Positions 8,968-18,697 of a stretch of DNA of 64,000 nucleotides are shown here, piece after piece (the stretch's first letter is position 1; the number at the start of each line of letters is the position of its first letter). Made by a program: the position numbers and the translations under genes. The notes beneath the pieces are model-generated. The model was not told the DNA's origin and made no database searches. It saw nothing but the letters and a program-made list of their open reading frames with translations. The stretch comes from Candidatus Eiseniibacteriota bacterium (GTDB lineage: Bacteria; Eisenbacteria; RBG-16-71-46; CAVPCR01): NCBI GenBank assembly GCA_963823555.1, contig CAWGMA010000001.1, positions 1,472,001-1,536,000 on the forward strand, read 5' to 3'.

Positions 8968-10188
8968 CTAGAACCGCACTCGCGGCGGGAGGCTGTAGGT
9001 GATGTCGAGCTCCGGCCATCCACCTGCCGCCTCGCGGGTGCGGAACCCCAGGCGAACCAGGGACGGATAGTCCTGTTCCACCTTGAGGAGGACACCCTTC
9101 TCGACATTCGCGCGCAGAGCGGCCAGCTCGAGGGTGATGGTGCTGTCGGTCGCCGCATTCACCGTGACTCGCGTGAAGGGTACCGTGGCGAACCCGACCA
9201 CGGGGAGCGGGTCCAGGTTCTCGCCCGGCAGGCTGGCGATCTCGTGAGCGCCGATCGTCACACTCGGACTGGCCTGTCCCACGGCGACCTGTGCCGGGTC
9301 GATGCGCAGAGTGAGCCGGAGACGATTCAACGTCGCGAGCGAGTTGAGGGAATCGAGATTGAAGCGGACGACCGCGCGAAAGTCGTTGGCTCCCCCCAGC
9401 AGCGCATGGCTCTCGCTTCCGGTGCCGCCTTCGACCTCGGGGCTCAGGCTGTAGAGCGTGGCGTGCTCTCGTACGGCGAGGCGCAGCGTGTCGAGCTCCC
9501 CATCGATCGAGTAGCGCACCTCGATGGCGGGCTCCTCGAGGGTTGAGGCATCGCCCAGCGTGCCGATGACGGTGCGCACGGCACGGAAGCGTTTGAAACT
9601 GCCGGTGCCGCGGGCCACGAGCGCGATCCCGTAGTTGGAATCGGGTCGAGCAACCCAGCTCTGCAGGAGACTCGCCGGGAGGGGCGCCGTGAAGCGAACG
9701 TTCGGCGTATCGCACACCCCGACGGTGAAGATGGAGGCCGGCGACAGCGGCTCATGGCTGTCGAAGGGCCAGCCCTGGCCGCTGTTCGTGAACCAGCTGG
9801 CGGCGGTCACGCCCTGGACCTCGAGGTCCTGATCCAGCGTGTTGCCATAGTCGCCGCCGGCATCGGCGTTCAAGATCAAGGAAGCGCCGGTCACCTGGGC
9901 GGCCGGCGGGATCTCGAGGACGGGAAAGCGCAGGAAGGCCTTTGCCTCGACGCTTGCGCTCGCTTCAGACTGCAGCCCGGCCCACACCACGTTGCCGGTG
10001 CTGCGTGTGGTCTGAAAGAAGGTGTCGAGATCGGAGGTCGGCAGGATGGTCGATCGAATCTGCGTCGAGTCGAGGATGCCCGGGGCCAGATCGAAACCAG
10101 AGATGGGATCGGAGTCCTCGGAACAAGCCAGGGCCCAGCCCAGAAGAACGAGCAAGACCACAAGAACGCAACGGGTCGAGTTCACCAA
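8968..10188 (-). CDS. Lipoprotein with two beta-sandwich domains, function unknown
   Basis: Lipobox WALAC; repeated 'A.LRF....P...V..A.L.L' and 'P.L.I.Y' elements; LQSWV...NYGIAL (DNRLRE-like). Confidence 0.7.
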   Translation of the reverse strand: MVNSTRCVLVVLLVLLGWALACSEDSDPISGFDLAPGILDSTQIRSTILPTSDLDTFFQTTRSTGNVVWAGLQSEASASVEAKAFLRFPVLEIPPAAQVTGASLILNADAGGDYGNTLDQDLEVQGVTAASWFTNSGQGWPFDSHEPLSPASIFTVGVCDTPNVRFTAPLPASLLQSWVARPDSNYGIALVARGTGSFKRFRAVRTVIGTLGDASTLEEPAIEVRYSIDGELDTLRLAVREHATLYSLSPEVEGGTGSESHALLGGANDFRAVVRFNLDSLNSLATLNRLRLTLRIDPAQVAVGQASPSVTIGAHEIASLPGENLDPLPVVGFATVPFTRVTVNAATDSTITLELAALRANVEKGVLLKVEQDYPSLVRLGFRTREAAGGWPELDITYSLPPRVRF

Positions 10189-10331
10189 GCGCGCACCTCA
10201 TCCGGCCGGCGACCCCACCCTCCCTGGTGGTCCGTGCCGCAGGGCTCAAATGCTTAGCACGCTGGCACTTGGGGGTCAAGAACGGAGCGCGCCCGGCTGC
10301 CGCCGAGCGTGGCGCACCGCCAGGCCCTGAA

Positions 10332-12323
10332 CTATCGTACCCGGGCCGTATAGATGTTCGTGAAGACGGTCTCGCCGTCGGTGCTCGCCGTCGAGAAGTA
10401 GTAGCGGATGCCGGACCCCGCTTCGGTGGGCAGCGGGACGCCGACCGCAAAGGTCCCGGGAGCCCCCGGGATGGCCGCCATGGCCAGATCGGACCAGCGT
10501 CCCCCGATCTCGACGTGGAGGTGGACCGGCTGACCGGAGGGTGCGTCCAGGCCACGCCGGACCACGGTGAAGATGGGAGCGTCGCCGGCCTCGAGGCGCG
10601 TGAGGGGAGCGTGCTCGAGGGTGACCGCCGGGAGCTTGTCGAGATTCACGTTCAGGATGAGGCGATCGCCCTGGCGTACATCGAGGATGCGGTGGATGGT
10701 CGGGCCGGCGGCGGGACGGATCGCGATCGCATGCACGCCGGGATCGAGATCGATGTCGAGAGGGGTCTCCCCCTGCTCCACACCATCCACGACCACGGGC
10801 AGACCTTCCTTGAGCACGGTTCCGCGGTGATTGATTGAGCTCGCCTGGACCGTGACCAGGGTCACGTCCTCTATGGGCTCGACGCGCGCCACGACCTGGC
10901 TCGCTTCACCGGGGCGGACGGCAACCTCCTCTTCCCAGCTGTATCCGGCGGCACCAAGGAAGCGGACACGGTGGCGTCCGGGCGAGATTCCATCGAGCGC
11001 TGCGGGCGCCACGCCCAGTTCCTTGTCGTCGACGAAGACCCGGATCTCCGGGAGAAATGGTTCCGTTCGCGCGTTGATCGATCCCATCACGGGCGCCGCC
11101 GTGCCCTCGGCTCCCGATTCGCTGCCTGCCCTGGCAAATGAATTCGCTTCCGGGAGCGGGACGGCGCCCGCGAGCGGTTCTTCCCCGGCAAGGCGTACCG
11201 TTCCGGTGAGCGGAACCGTCCCGGCAAGCGGGGCCGCCGCTCTCACGACCTGTTTCGCGGGCGGGTGCTCGACTTGGCGGTTCGCAGAGGCCATCCGTCC
11301 CAGCTGGGCCACCAGCATCACGAGGCCGGCCACAATCACCACGACCCCGATGAGGCGCGGGGCCTGGCGCCGCCACCCCGGCCCGGAAGAAGTTGGCAGC
11401 GCCGGCCCATCCCCGGACTCGGGCTCGCTGGCAGCGAAGTCGGGTGTGGTTGGCGCGAGCCAGGACGGAAGCTCCCCATGGGGCGAGCCGTCGCGGCTGT
11501 CCGCCACGGGCATGGCGCCGCGTGCGCCTCCCGTGGCGCTGCCCCGGATCTCCACGCGCGCGTCCAGTTCGGAGTCTGGTGCCTCGAGCGCGGTATCGTC
11601 CGGCTCGGGAATGAGAACCGCCTGCAGGATCTCCACGTAAAGCGCTGCACACGGAGAACGCCAGCTCTCCTGGCGGAGCTCGCTTCCCGTCTCCGCCCAG
11701 GCCACCGCCTGCTCGAGTGTGAGCGTGGCCTGCTGCATCAGGTTGCCGGGCGCTTCCGCCTCGAAGCCCCCAGGAACGGCAACCAGCAGATCTCCCGGGT
11801 AGAGGGACTCGCTCGTCACCTCGATCAGCACGCGGGGCGACTCGCCAAGGGCAGGACGGACGCGGGGACTCAGGGGAGCCACCAGCTCGACGTCGCCGCG
11901 GCGGCGCCTGAGGCATCCCACCCCTCCGGCCGCGATCACGTGCAGGCGACCGTGTCGGGCGATCGCGATGAGGGCTTCCAGCCCCTGCCCCGTGGCGGCA
12001 TCGGTTGCCTGCCGCACCTCGTGATGAACGGCGCGGAGGAAGGAGACCAGCGTCCGGACGACCGGGGGAGCACCTCCCTCGGCAGCCGGGATGGCGGCGT
12101 CAGGATCGCTCAGGGCATCCTCGATGGCGCCGTGAAGGGCCGCCGCGAGCGGCGCCGAGCGACCACGGCCACGAGCGAGGAGCAGGAACCCATGCTCGGC
12201 GTTCGCCGAGGCATGCCACCCATCGGCGGAGCTGGCAGCCACCCGGAGCGTGATCGGCCACGCCGCCGGCGGCGTCGTCTCCAGCGGTGAGGAAGTCCGC
12301 TTCATCTCGGGATCGGTGGGCAT
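10332..12323 (-). CDS. Membrane protein: degenerate PP2C-like N-terminal domain, TM helix, two PEGA domains, C-terminal Ig-like domain
   Basis: PEGA motifs VFVDDKELGVAP..ISPGRHRV and VVVDGVEQGETP..LDPGVHAI; TM LIGVVVIVAGLVMLV; PP2C-like segments. Confidence 0.7.
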   Translation of the reverse strand: MPTDPEMKRTSSPLETTPPAAWPITLRVAASSADGWHASANAEHGFLLLARGRGRSAPLAAALHGAIEDALSDPDAAIPAAEGGAPPVVRTLVSFLRAVHHEVRQATDAATGQGLEALIAIARHGRLHVIAAGGVGCLRRRRGDVELVAPLSPRVRPALGESPRVLIEVTSESLYPGDLLVAVPGGFEAEAPGNLMQQATLTLEQAVAWAETGSELRQESWRSPCAALYVEILQAVLIPEPDDTALEAPDSELDARVEIRGSATGGARGAMPVADSRDGSPHGELPSWLAPTTPDFAASEPESGDGPALPTSSGPGWRRQAPRLIGVVVIVAGLVMLVAQLGRMASANRQVEHPPAKQVVRAAAPLAGTVPLTGTVRLAGEEPLAGAVPLPEANSFARAGSESGAEGTAAPVMGSINARTEPFLPEIRVFVDDKELGVAPAALDGISPGRHRVRFLGAAGYSWEEEVAVRPGEASQVVARVEPIEDVTLVTVQASSINHRGTVLKEGLPVVVDGVEQGETPLDIDLDPGVHAIAIRPAAGPTIHRILDVRQGDRLILNVNLDKLPAVTLEHAPLTRLEAGDAPIFTVVRRGLDAPSGQPVHLHVEIGGRWSDLAMAAIPGAPGTFAVGVPLPTEAGSGIRYYFSTASTDGETVFTNIYTARVR

Positions 12324-12367
12324 CGCTTGTCAGAATCCTTTCTTGGCGTTACCGGCTTTCCTTCGAT

Positions 12368-13816
12368 TCAAGCTGCGAGATCGTTCTCACCCTCGGCGCC
12401 GGGATCGGCATCCGTCCTGGGCGTCGGAGGAGCATCCCCCTCCGGCTGCTGCCGGGCACGGCGTAGATCGTTGTGAAACAGTGCCAGGCGATCGCTGAGG
12501 TTCGCCTCCTCCGCATAGTGGAAGAAGCGCCGCCAGGCGGCATAGGCGCGCGTGCGCTGGCCGCGTTCCTGGAAGATCCGACCCAGGTGATAGTGAATCG
12601 GGGCATACCGTGGATTCAGCTGTGCCCCTCGACGCAGGGCATCGATGGCGCGTTCCTTGTTACCCAGGTGCAGATGAATGAGGGCCATGGAGAGATAGAT
12701 GTCCGCCGACTTGAGCCCGATGGCGATCGCCCGTTCGTACTGCCCCAGGGCTTCCTCTTCGCGGTGCGTGCGTGTGTAGAGAAGAGCGAGGCTGGCTCGG
12801 GCCAGCGCGAACTTGGGGTTGAGCTCGATGGCCTTGAGGAAGCTCGCCTCGGCCGCTGCGGGTTCCTGGCTCTCGGCATAGAGGAGTCCAAGCTGGTAGT
12901 GGAGGTCGGGATAGTCCGGCGCGATGCGGGCCCCGGCGCTGAACTGCACGATCGCATCGGCCGTGCGTCCGAGTGCTGCAAGCTCGTAGCCAAGATCGAT
13001 GCGCGCTCGGACGTGATCCGGGTCGATGGCCAGGGCATGGCCGAACTCCGCCGCCGCCCCCGCCTCATCCCCTTCGATACCGAGCAATCGCCCCATCTGG
13101 ACATGGTAGGAAGCCAGGTCGAAATCCGCGGCCAGCGCCCTGGCGAATTCGCTCTCCGCCTTGCGCCGGGTTCCGAACGCGGCATACGTGAGTCCGAGGT
13201 AGAGGTGGATCTCGGCGAGGTTGTAATTGGATTCACGCTCATCGAGGAAACGGCGCACGGCCTCCGGCGTGAGCGCCCCATCGACATCCAGACGGAGGCG
13301 TAGCAGGAGATCATGGAGCTTTGGACTCAGAGCGGACAGGCGGTCGCGCAACGCTGCCGCCTCGTTCGTGCGACCCGACAACCCCAGGAGCAGCATCCGC
13401 TCCCGGTCGGCGAGCTGGCGGTAGCGACCTTCGGGCTTGACGCGGTCGAATGCGGCAAGTGCCCCGTCGGCGTCACCGGTGCGGCCGAGCGCCAGGGCGA
13501 CGTCGAGAGCCGCCCCCGCATGCTCGTTGGGATGGGCGGGCTGAGGGTCACGGGCCAGTACCGCCTGCCAGTGGGTCAGGGCTGCCTCCAGTCCCTTCAC
13601 CCGCTCGATCGCGTAGCCCAGGGCGGACTGGGCGGCGGTGTAGCGGGGATTGAGCGCCAGGGCACGCTCGTGGCGTTCGATGGCGTGTTCAGGATCGCCG
13701 GCGAGATAGAACAGCAGGCCAAGACGATGCTGCGCGTCGGCGTACTCGGGGTGCTCGGCCGCCTGGGCCGTCAAGGTCTCGAGCGCCTCTTCGTAGGCAT
13801 CGATGAAGAGGTCCAT
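12368..13816 (-). CDS. Tetratricopeptide repeat protein
   Basis: Many TPRs, e.g. YADAQHRLG, ALALNPRY, YPDLHYQLG, AIELNPKF. ATG 13816 preferred; the ORF track starts at 13867. Confidence 0.88.
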   Translation of the reverse strand: MDLFIDAYEEALETLTAQAAEHPEYADAQHRLGLLFYLAGDPEHAIERHERALALNPRYTAAQSALGYAIERVKGLEAALTHWQAVLARDPQPAHPNEHAGAALDVALALGRTGDADGALAAFDRVKPEGRYRQLADRERMLLLGLSGRTNEAAALRDRLSALSPKLHDLLLRLRLDVDGALTPEAVRRFLDERESNYNLAEIHLYLGLTYAAFGTRRKAESEFARALAADFDLASYHVQMGRLLGIEGDEAGAAAEFGHALAIDPDHVRARIDLGYELAALGRTADAIVQFSAGARIAPDYPDLHYQLGLLYAESQEPAAAEASFLKAIELNPKFALARASLALLYTRTHREEEALGQYERAIAIGLKSADIYLSMALIHLHLGNKERAIDALRRGAQLNPRYAPIHYHLGRIFQERGQRTRAYAAWRRFFHYAEEANLSDRLALFHNDLRRARQQPEGDAPPTPRTDADPGAEGENDLAA

Positions 13817-13824
13817 ACGGGGTC

Positions 13825-14145
13825 TTACGGCGTGCTCTTCGTCGTGGGCGTGGTCGTGCGTTCCCAATGTTCCCCTCGCAGCTCGAAGCCGTCGATCTCG
13901 AGCACCAGGTCCTTCACCCCTTCGATGGCGCGCAGATCGCGGTCGAGAAGGTGAAGGAGCTTGAGTTCATCGTCGGGGCCCTCGACCCCGGCGGCGGTCG
14001 GAAAGAGCGGATTTCGTTTGAGCGCGCCGCGCAGGTAGATGACCCCGTTGACACTGCCGAAGCTCAAGCCACGAAGGTCGATCCAGCGGCGCAAGAGGAC
14101 ACTGCGAGTTCGATTGTTGATCACGTGATCGCGTGCTTCAGGCAT
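13825..14145 (-). CDS. Small BON-like domain protein
   Basis: NGVIYLRG and LRAIEGVKDL resemble the BON domain pattern. Confidence 0.55.
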   Translation of the reverse strand: MPEARDHVINNRTRSVLLRRWIDLRGLSFGSVNGVIYLRGALKRNPLFPTAAGVEGPDDELKLLHLLDRDLRAIEGVKDLVLEIDGFELRGEHWERTTTPTTKSTP

Positions 14146-14332
14146 GCGCTCCCTCCGCCTCCAGGACGGGATTCAGGCGTCCTGGTGTCTCGTTCCGGGT
14201 TATCGGCGGCGGAGGACCGGGGCTTGAGCCGCCCGGGTCAAGGCGGGTGGGAGCCGGCGGGGTGGTGGACAGGGTCAGCGAGCCGCCAGGGGGCGGGCGC
14301 GGGCGAGTCGTTACGGACGATGCGCGTGGGAG

Positions 14333-15613
14333 TTAGTGGCCTTCCTCACCCGGGGCCTCGATGACCTCGCCGGAAGCCACGAAGCGGGAGGAGAACTGCT
14401 GCTCCACGGCGTTCGAGCCGATGCGGACGTTGCGGCCGATGCCCGCGCCATCGGGGATCCGGGCGTGCTTGCCGATGACGCTCAGGCCCGAGGACAGGTG
14501 CTCCGGGCAACCCCGGTTCGGGACGAGGAGATCTCCCTCTCCAACCCTGGCTTCGCGCCCGACATGCACGTTCTTGTCGATGATCACGCGATCGACATGG
14601 GCATTGGGTCCGATCCAGCTGTCATTGAAGATGATCGAGCGCTCGACCACGGCTCCCCGCTCGACCACGACGCCCGGTGACAGCACCGAGTCGCGCACCT
14701 CACCGTAGATGATGCATCCGTTCGAGAGAAGGCTGCGTTCGGCAGAACCGGACCCCACGAAACGGACGGGTGGGTAGTAGACGTCGCGGGTGTGGACCCG
14801 CCAATCGGGGTTCGCGAGGTTGAGAGCGGGCTCATCTGCGGTCAGATCCAGGTTGGCCTCATAGTAGGTGTCGAGCGTCCCAATGTCCTGCCAGTATCCA
14901 CGGAACGGAAAGGCATAGACACGGCAGCGTTCGAGCATGGACGGCAGCACACTCCGGCCGAAATCGTGCTTTGAGTCCTTGATGGTCGCATCCCGTTCGA
15001 GCTCACGGGCGAGCACGGAAGAACGGAAAATGTACACACCCATCGAGGCGGTGTTGATCGGCGGGCGCGAGTGCGGCTTCTCGATGAAGTTGCATACCCG
15101 TCCATCCGATTCCGTCTCGACGATGCCGAACTGCGAAGTCAGCTCCCACCTCACGGGGAGCACACCCATCGTGACGTCCGCCCGGTGATCGCGATGGAAC
15201 TCGAACATCTCCGTATAGTCCATCTCGTAGACATGATCGCCGGACAGGATGAGAACGTCCTCGACATTTCGTCGCTTGATCTCGCCCAGGTTCTGGTAGA
15301 CGGCGTCGGCGGTGCCGGCATACCAGTCGCTGGCCCGCCAGCTCAGATGAGGCTGCAAGAGCTGGATTCCGCCGTGCCGGCGGTCGAGGTCCCACGGTTT
15401 ACCGATGCCGATGTGCTCGTTCAGCGACTGCGGCTTGTACTGGGTGAGGATACTGACATCGACGATGCCGGAATTGACGCAGTTGGAGATCGTGAAGTCG
15501 ATGATGCGATACTTGCCGGCAAAGGGAACGGCGGGCTTGGCTCGCTTGTCGGAGAGCACGCATAGACGGCTACCGATCCCCCCGGCCATGATCACGGCAT
15601 AGCGAAGCGGCAT
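14333..15613 (-). CDS. glgC: Glucose-1-phosphate adenylyltransferase
   Basis: [55 protein letters not shown]; left-handed beta-helix C-terminus. Confidence 0.96.
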   Translation of the reverse strand: MPLRYAVIMAGGIGSRLCVLSDKRAKPAVPFAGKYRIIDFTISNCVNSGIVDVSILTQYKPQSLNEHIGIGKPWDLDRRHGGIQLLQPHLSWRASDWYAGTADAVYQNLGEIKRRNVEDVLILSGDHVYEMDYTEMFEFHRDHRADVTMGVLPVRWELTSQFGIVETESDGRVCNFIEKPHSRPPINTASMGVYIFRSSVLARELERDATIKDSKHDFGRSVLPSMLERCRVYAFPFRGYWQDIGTLDTYYEANLDLTADEPALNLANPDWRVHTRDVYYPPVRFVGSGSAERSLLSNGCIIYGEVRDSVLSPGVVVERGAVVERSIIFNDSWIGPNAHVDRVIIDKNVHVGREARVGEGDLLVPNRGCPEHLSSGLSVIGKHARIPDGAGIGRNVRIGSNAVEQQFSSRFVASGEVIEAPGEEGH

Positions 15614-15619
15614 CGTGCC

Positions 15620-16906
15620 TTACTCCCGCCCTATGCTTCCCGCCAGCGGACCCGGCGTGGACGCACCCGCCGCGATCCGGCTGCCCGCCGGCAGGTCGAG
15701 GGACGCGAAATCGTCCGGTGCGGCGCTGACCTCGACGACAGAGCGGCGGCCGATACGCGCCGCGGGTGGGATCACCGCCATCTTGCCGACGACGATCACG
15801 CTCGAGCCAAGGGCTTCGGGCGGCTCCTGGATGGCCTCGCCGTGTCCCACGACGGCCCCCGCGCCCACCTGAACCCGCTTGTCGAGAATGGCCAGATCGA
15901 CGCGGGCGCCACGCTGGATGATGGTGTCCTGGAATACGATGGAGCTCTGAACCAGCGCTCCCTCCTCGACGATGGCTCCCGGAAAGAGGATCGAGTCCAC
16001 GACACGGCCGCGAACGACCGCTCCGTTGGCGACGAGCGATCGGGTCACCTCGGCGCCCCTGGTCAGCTTCACCGGCGGCCGCTCTTCGGAGGGCGTGTAG
16101 ATGCGCCAGTCGGGGTCGGCCAGCACCAGCCGCGGGCGAGTCCCCAGGAGCTCCATGTTGGCCCGGAAATAGGAGTCGATGGTGCCGACATCATCCCAGT
16201 AGCCATCGAAGACGTAGGTGTTGACCGGCCACCCTTCCCGCACCAGCGGCAGGATCAAGTCGAGGACCAGGTCCTTTGCTTCTCCACCCGGGCCGAGGCG
16301 CTCGTAGAGCAGTCGCGTATCCAGCACGTAGATGCCGAGATTGGCGATGGAGCTATGGGGCTGGGTCGGTTTCTCCTCGACCTCGAGAATCCGCCCCTGG
16401 CCATCCAGGCTGACGATGCCAAAGCGGCTGCGGTCCCAATCCGGCACCTGTTTCACCACCATCGTGGCGCGGCAGCCGGATTCCCGATGCAGTCGGAGCA
16501 GCTCGGCATAGTCCATCTTGTAGACCTGGTCGCCGGAGCACACGATCACCCATCGAGCCGCCCAGTTCTCGAGCACGTTCAAGTTCTGGGCAATGGCATC
16601 CGCCGTCCCTTGATACCAGATCGATTCCAGCCGACGTCCGTACGGCTGCAGGAGCTTGATGCCCAGATCGCGGCGATCGAGATCCCAGGTGGCGCCGGTT
16701 GCGATGTGCTCGTTGAGGGATACCGGCGCATACTGGGTCAGCACGGCGACGCGGGTGATATCGGAATTGGAGCAATTGGAGAGACAGAAGTCGATCACAC
16801 GGTACTTGCCGCCAAAGGGCATGGCCGAAGCCGGACGGTGGCTGGTGAGCACACCGAGCCCGGTGCCCTGTCCGCCGGCGAGAATCATGCTCACGACCTG
16901 CCGCAA
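15620..16906 (-). CDS. glgD: Second ADP-glucose pyrophosphorylase subunit (GlgD-like or divergent GlgC)
   Basis: Paralog of the adjacent gene with GTGL replacing GSRL and RPASAMP replacing RAKPAVP; retains WYQGTAD, SGD and EKP. Confidence 0.75.
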   Translation of the reverse strand: MRQVVSMILAGGQGTGLGVLTSHRPASAMPFGGKYRVIDFCLSNCSNSDITRVAVLTQYAPVSLNEHIATGATWDLDRRDLGIKLLQPYGRRLESIWYQGTADAIAQNLNVLENWAARWVIVCSGDQVYKMDYAELLRLHRESGCRATMVVKQVPDWDRSRFGIVSLDGQGRILEVEEKPTQPHSSIANLGIYVLDTRLLYERLGPGGEAKDLVLDLILPLVREGWPVNTYVFDGYWDDVGTIDSYFRANMELLGTRPRLVLADPDWRIYTPSEERPPVKLTRGAEVTRSLVANGAVVRGRVVDSILFPGAIVEEGALVQSSIVFQDTIIQRGARVDLAILDKRVQVGAGAVVGHGEAIQEPPEALGSSVIVVGKMAVIPPAARIGRRSVVEVSAAPDDFASLDLPAGSRIAAGASTPGPLAGSIGRE

Positions 16907-16942
16907 GGCGATTCCTCCTGGATTCAGGCCAAGCCCGAGTCC

Positions 16943-17572
16943 CTAGCTTGCTCGTTCCAGCTCCTGCACCAGCTCTCTCACTGCAGCCTGCATGTTGTCG
17001 GCCCGTGCCACCGCCCCGATCACCGCGACCCCGGCCGCTCCCTGCCGGAGGACATCGCCCACGGTCGCCGGCTCGATACCCCCGATGGCAAAGACCGGAA
17101 CCGCACTCGCCGCACACGCCAGAGCGAGCCCGGCGAGCCCTCTGGGCGGGATCCCGGGCTTGGACGGCGTGGCGAAGACGTGGCCGAAGAGAACCCAGTC
17201 CGCTCCCCCATCCGACGCCCGGCGCGCCCCTGCCGCGTCATGAATCGACCGTCCGATCGCGAGCCGCGTGCCAGCCAGCTCTCGCACGCGATCGGGCGGC
17301 AGCGAGCATTCCCCGAGCTGTACCCCGAAAGCCCCCGCGGCGAGGGCGACATCCACGCGATCGTTGACCACGACGCGGAGCGCCCCGGCTGTGAGCTCTC
17401 GCACCAGATGGGCCAGTCGGCCGCCGCCGAGGCTCGGCTCCCGGATTTGAAATCCCCAGGCTCCGCCCTCTGCCGCGGCCCGTCCCAGCGCCGCGATCCG
17501 GGCCTCGTCCCCGGTGCCATCGCTCACGACCATGAGGGCGGGGCGATCCAGGCCAAGCTCGGTGCGCCTCAT
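16943..17572 (-). CDS. thiE: Thiamine-phosphate synthase (ThiE/TenI family)
   Basis: QIRE, VNDRVDVA, GRSIH, FATPSKP, AIGGI. Confidence 0.85.
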   Translation of the reverse strand: MRRTELGLDRPALMVVSDGTGDEARIAALGRAAAEGGAWGFQIREPSLGGGRLAHLVRELTAGALRVVVNDRVDVALAAGAFGVQLGECSLPPDRVRELAGTRLAIGRSIHDAAGARRASDGGADWVLFGHVFATPSKPGIPPRGLAGLALACAASAVPVFAIGGIEPATVGDVLRQGAAGVAVIGAVARADNMQAAVRELVQELERAS

Positions 17573-17576
17573 CCGG

Positions 17577-18377
17577 TCAGGCTCGGGGCGCTCCGGCCCC
17601 GATCGCGCTCCCGAGTCCGGCTCCGGGACTCGAGGTCGCGGCGTAGCGACGGCGCTCCATGCGCCCCGCCAGGAATGCCATGCGCCCCGCTTCGACGGCC
17701 AGCCGCATGGCCTGGCCCATGGCCACCGGGTCGTGGGCCAGGGCGATCCCGGAGTTCATGAGGATGCCATCGACCCCCAGCTCCATGGCGACCGCCGCGT
17801 CGGATGCCGTGCCCACTCCCGCGTCCACGATCACCGGGACCCTGACCGCCTCTCGGATGAGCTGGATGTTGAGCGGGTTCAGGATCCCCATCCCCGATCC
17901 AATCGGCGAGGCGAGCGGCATCACACAGGCGGCGCCGGCATCGACCAGGCGTCGCGCCATGATCGGGTCGTCGTTGGTGTACGGAAGCACGGTATAGCCC
18001 TCGCTCGCGAGGGTCTCGGTGGCACGCAGGAGATCGACGACATCGGGGAGCAGCGTCTCCTTGCTCCCCAGCACCTCGAGTTTGATGAGGTCGCCCATTC
18101 CCGCCTCGCGCGCCAGGTGGGCGATGCGGATCGCATCCTTCGCCGAGTAGGCCCCGGCTGTGTTGGGCAGGATGGTGTAGCGCTTCCAGTCGAGGTCGTC
18201 GAGGACGTTGCCAGCGCCGCGCTTGGTGAGATCAACGCGACCGATGGCGACCGTGATCATCTCGGCGCCCGAGGCGTCGATCGCCGCCCGCATCACGTCG
18301 GCGTTCGGGTACTTGCCGGTACCGACAATGAGGCGCGAGCGAAAACGCTGCTTACCGATGGTCCATTCTTGAGACAT
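17577..18377 (-). CDS. thiG: Thiazole synthase
   Basis: SRLIVGTGKY, LPNTAG, KLEV, VMPLASPIGSG, DAGVGTASDA. Confidence 0.96.
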   Translation of the reverse strand: MSQEWTIGKQRFRSRLIVGTGKYPNADVMRAAIDASGAEMITVAIGRVDLTKRGAGNVLDDLDWKRYTILPNTAGAYSAKDAIRIAHLAREAGMGDLIKLEVLGSKETLLPDVVDLLRATETLASEGYTVLPYTNDDPIMARRLVDAGAACVMPLASPIGSGMGILNPLNIQLIREAVRVPVIVDAGVGTASDAAVAMELGVDGILMNSGIALAHDPVAMGQAMRLAVEAGRMAFLAGRMERRRYAATSSPGAGLGSAIGAGAPRA

Positions 18378-18469
18378 GCCGTTCGCTTCCTTGCTCGGGG
18401 ATGTGACGCAGAGCATCGTAGCGCGAGGCCGCGAGGGGGTCAACTGGCAGCCGGCGTAACCAGCGAAGG

Positions 18470-18670
18470 CTAACCGCCGGCGATCATCTGGATGATCTCG
18501 ATGCGGTCGCCCGGCTCGAGGATCGTCCGTGCAAGCTCGGCCCGCTTGATGACCTGCTCGTTGCGTTCGACGACCACGACCTCCGGGCGGAGGCTGAAGA
18601 GCTCCACGAGCTGGCGGGCTGTGGTCCCGCCTTCGACCTCTCGTTCTTCACCGTTGACGATCAGTTTCAC
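18470..18670 (-). CDS. thiS: Sulfur carrier protein ThiS
   Basis: 66 aa, VNGE, GDRIEI, C-terminal GG. Confidence 0.95.
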   Translation of the reverse strand: MKLIVNGEEREVEGGTTARQLVELFSLRPEVVVVERNEQVIKRAELARTILEPGDRIEIIQMIAGG

Positions 18671-18697
18671 TGGCTGCCGCTCGTGTACGCGCTCGGT

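Noticed and set aside
18671..18697. TPP riboswitch upstream of thiS
   Set aside because: Only 27 nt separate the PorV-like gene from thiS; no CUGAGA aptamer core there.
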